Shown piece by piece: positions 63,814-64,000 of a stretch of 64,000 bases of DNA. The position numbers and the translations under genes were made by a program. Below the pieces are notes generated by a model. It worked only from the letters and a program-made list of their open reading frames with translations. It did not search any database and was not told the DNA's origin. This DNA is from Botryllus schlosseri (taxonomy: Eukaryota): the NCBI GenBank assembly GCA_051294905.1, contig CM119371.1:18540001-18604000 (forward strand), given 5' to 3'. Position 1 is the first letter of the stretch. The number at the start of each line of letters is the position of its first letter.

Positions 63814-64000
63814 GGTTTGAAGATAACAGCGAGTCAGAGCTCATTCAGATATCTAAGCTAAGCTACTTTGAAAATCAGGATCCAAGGATTTGCTAATTCA
63901 TTATTATGAGACACTGGTGATGGGGTTGAAATTACGAATTAGAACATATTCTCTGGTAACCGCAAAGAAAATATTGCCTGTTTCATAATACATACCACAT

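Overview
AT-rich eukaryotic (metazoan, probably marine invertebrate; an ascidian is plausible but not provable from this window) genomic DNA dominated by nested non-autonomous DNA transposons. Most have hAT-type ends with 8-bp TSDs; Kolobok-, pogo- and P-like elements, tRNA-derived SINEs and LINE 3' fragments also occur. Two paralogous C2H2 zinc-finger ORFs (10.3 kb and 38.8 kb) head two copies of an old tandem segmental duplication (~10-32 kb vs ~38.7-50.3 kb). Both arrays continue as decayed fingers past the stop codon, and each carries an independently inserted foldback element about 200-280 bp after the stop. The second is a 2.3-kb hATm derivative whose ~0.9-kb inverted arms contain transposase coding sequence. 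The right end holds a truncated MULE/NOF-like transposase followed by a Ulp1/C48 protease ORF, an intronless tandem OB-fold (RPA-like) gene split at an A_AAA_AAC site, a disrupted RI-type LRR gene, and an Mcl-1-like Bcl-2 gene whose invariant BH2 Trp codon is TGA. Coordinates, TSDs and translations were read by eye; family names come from motif recognition, not database searches.
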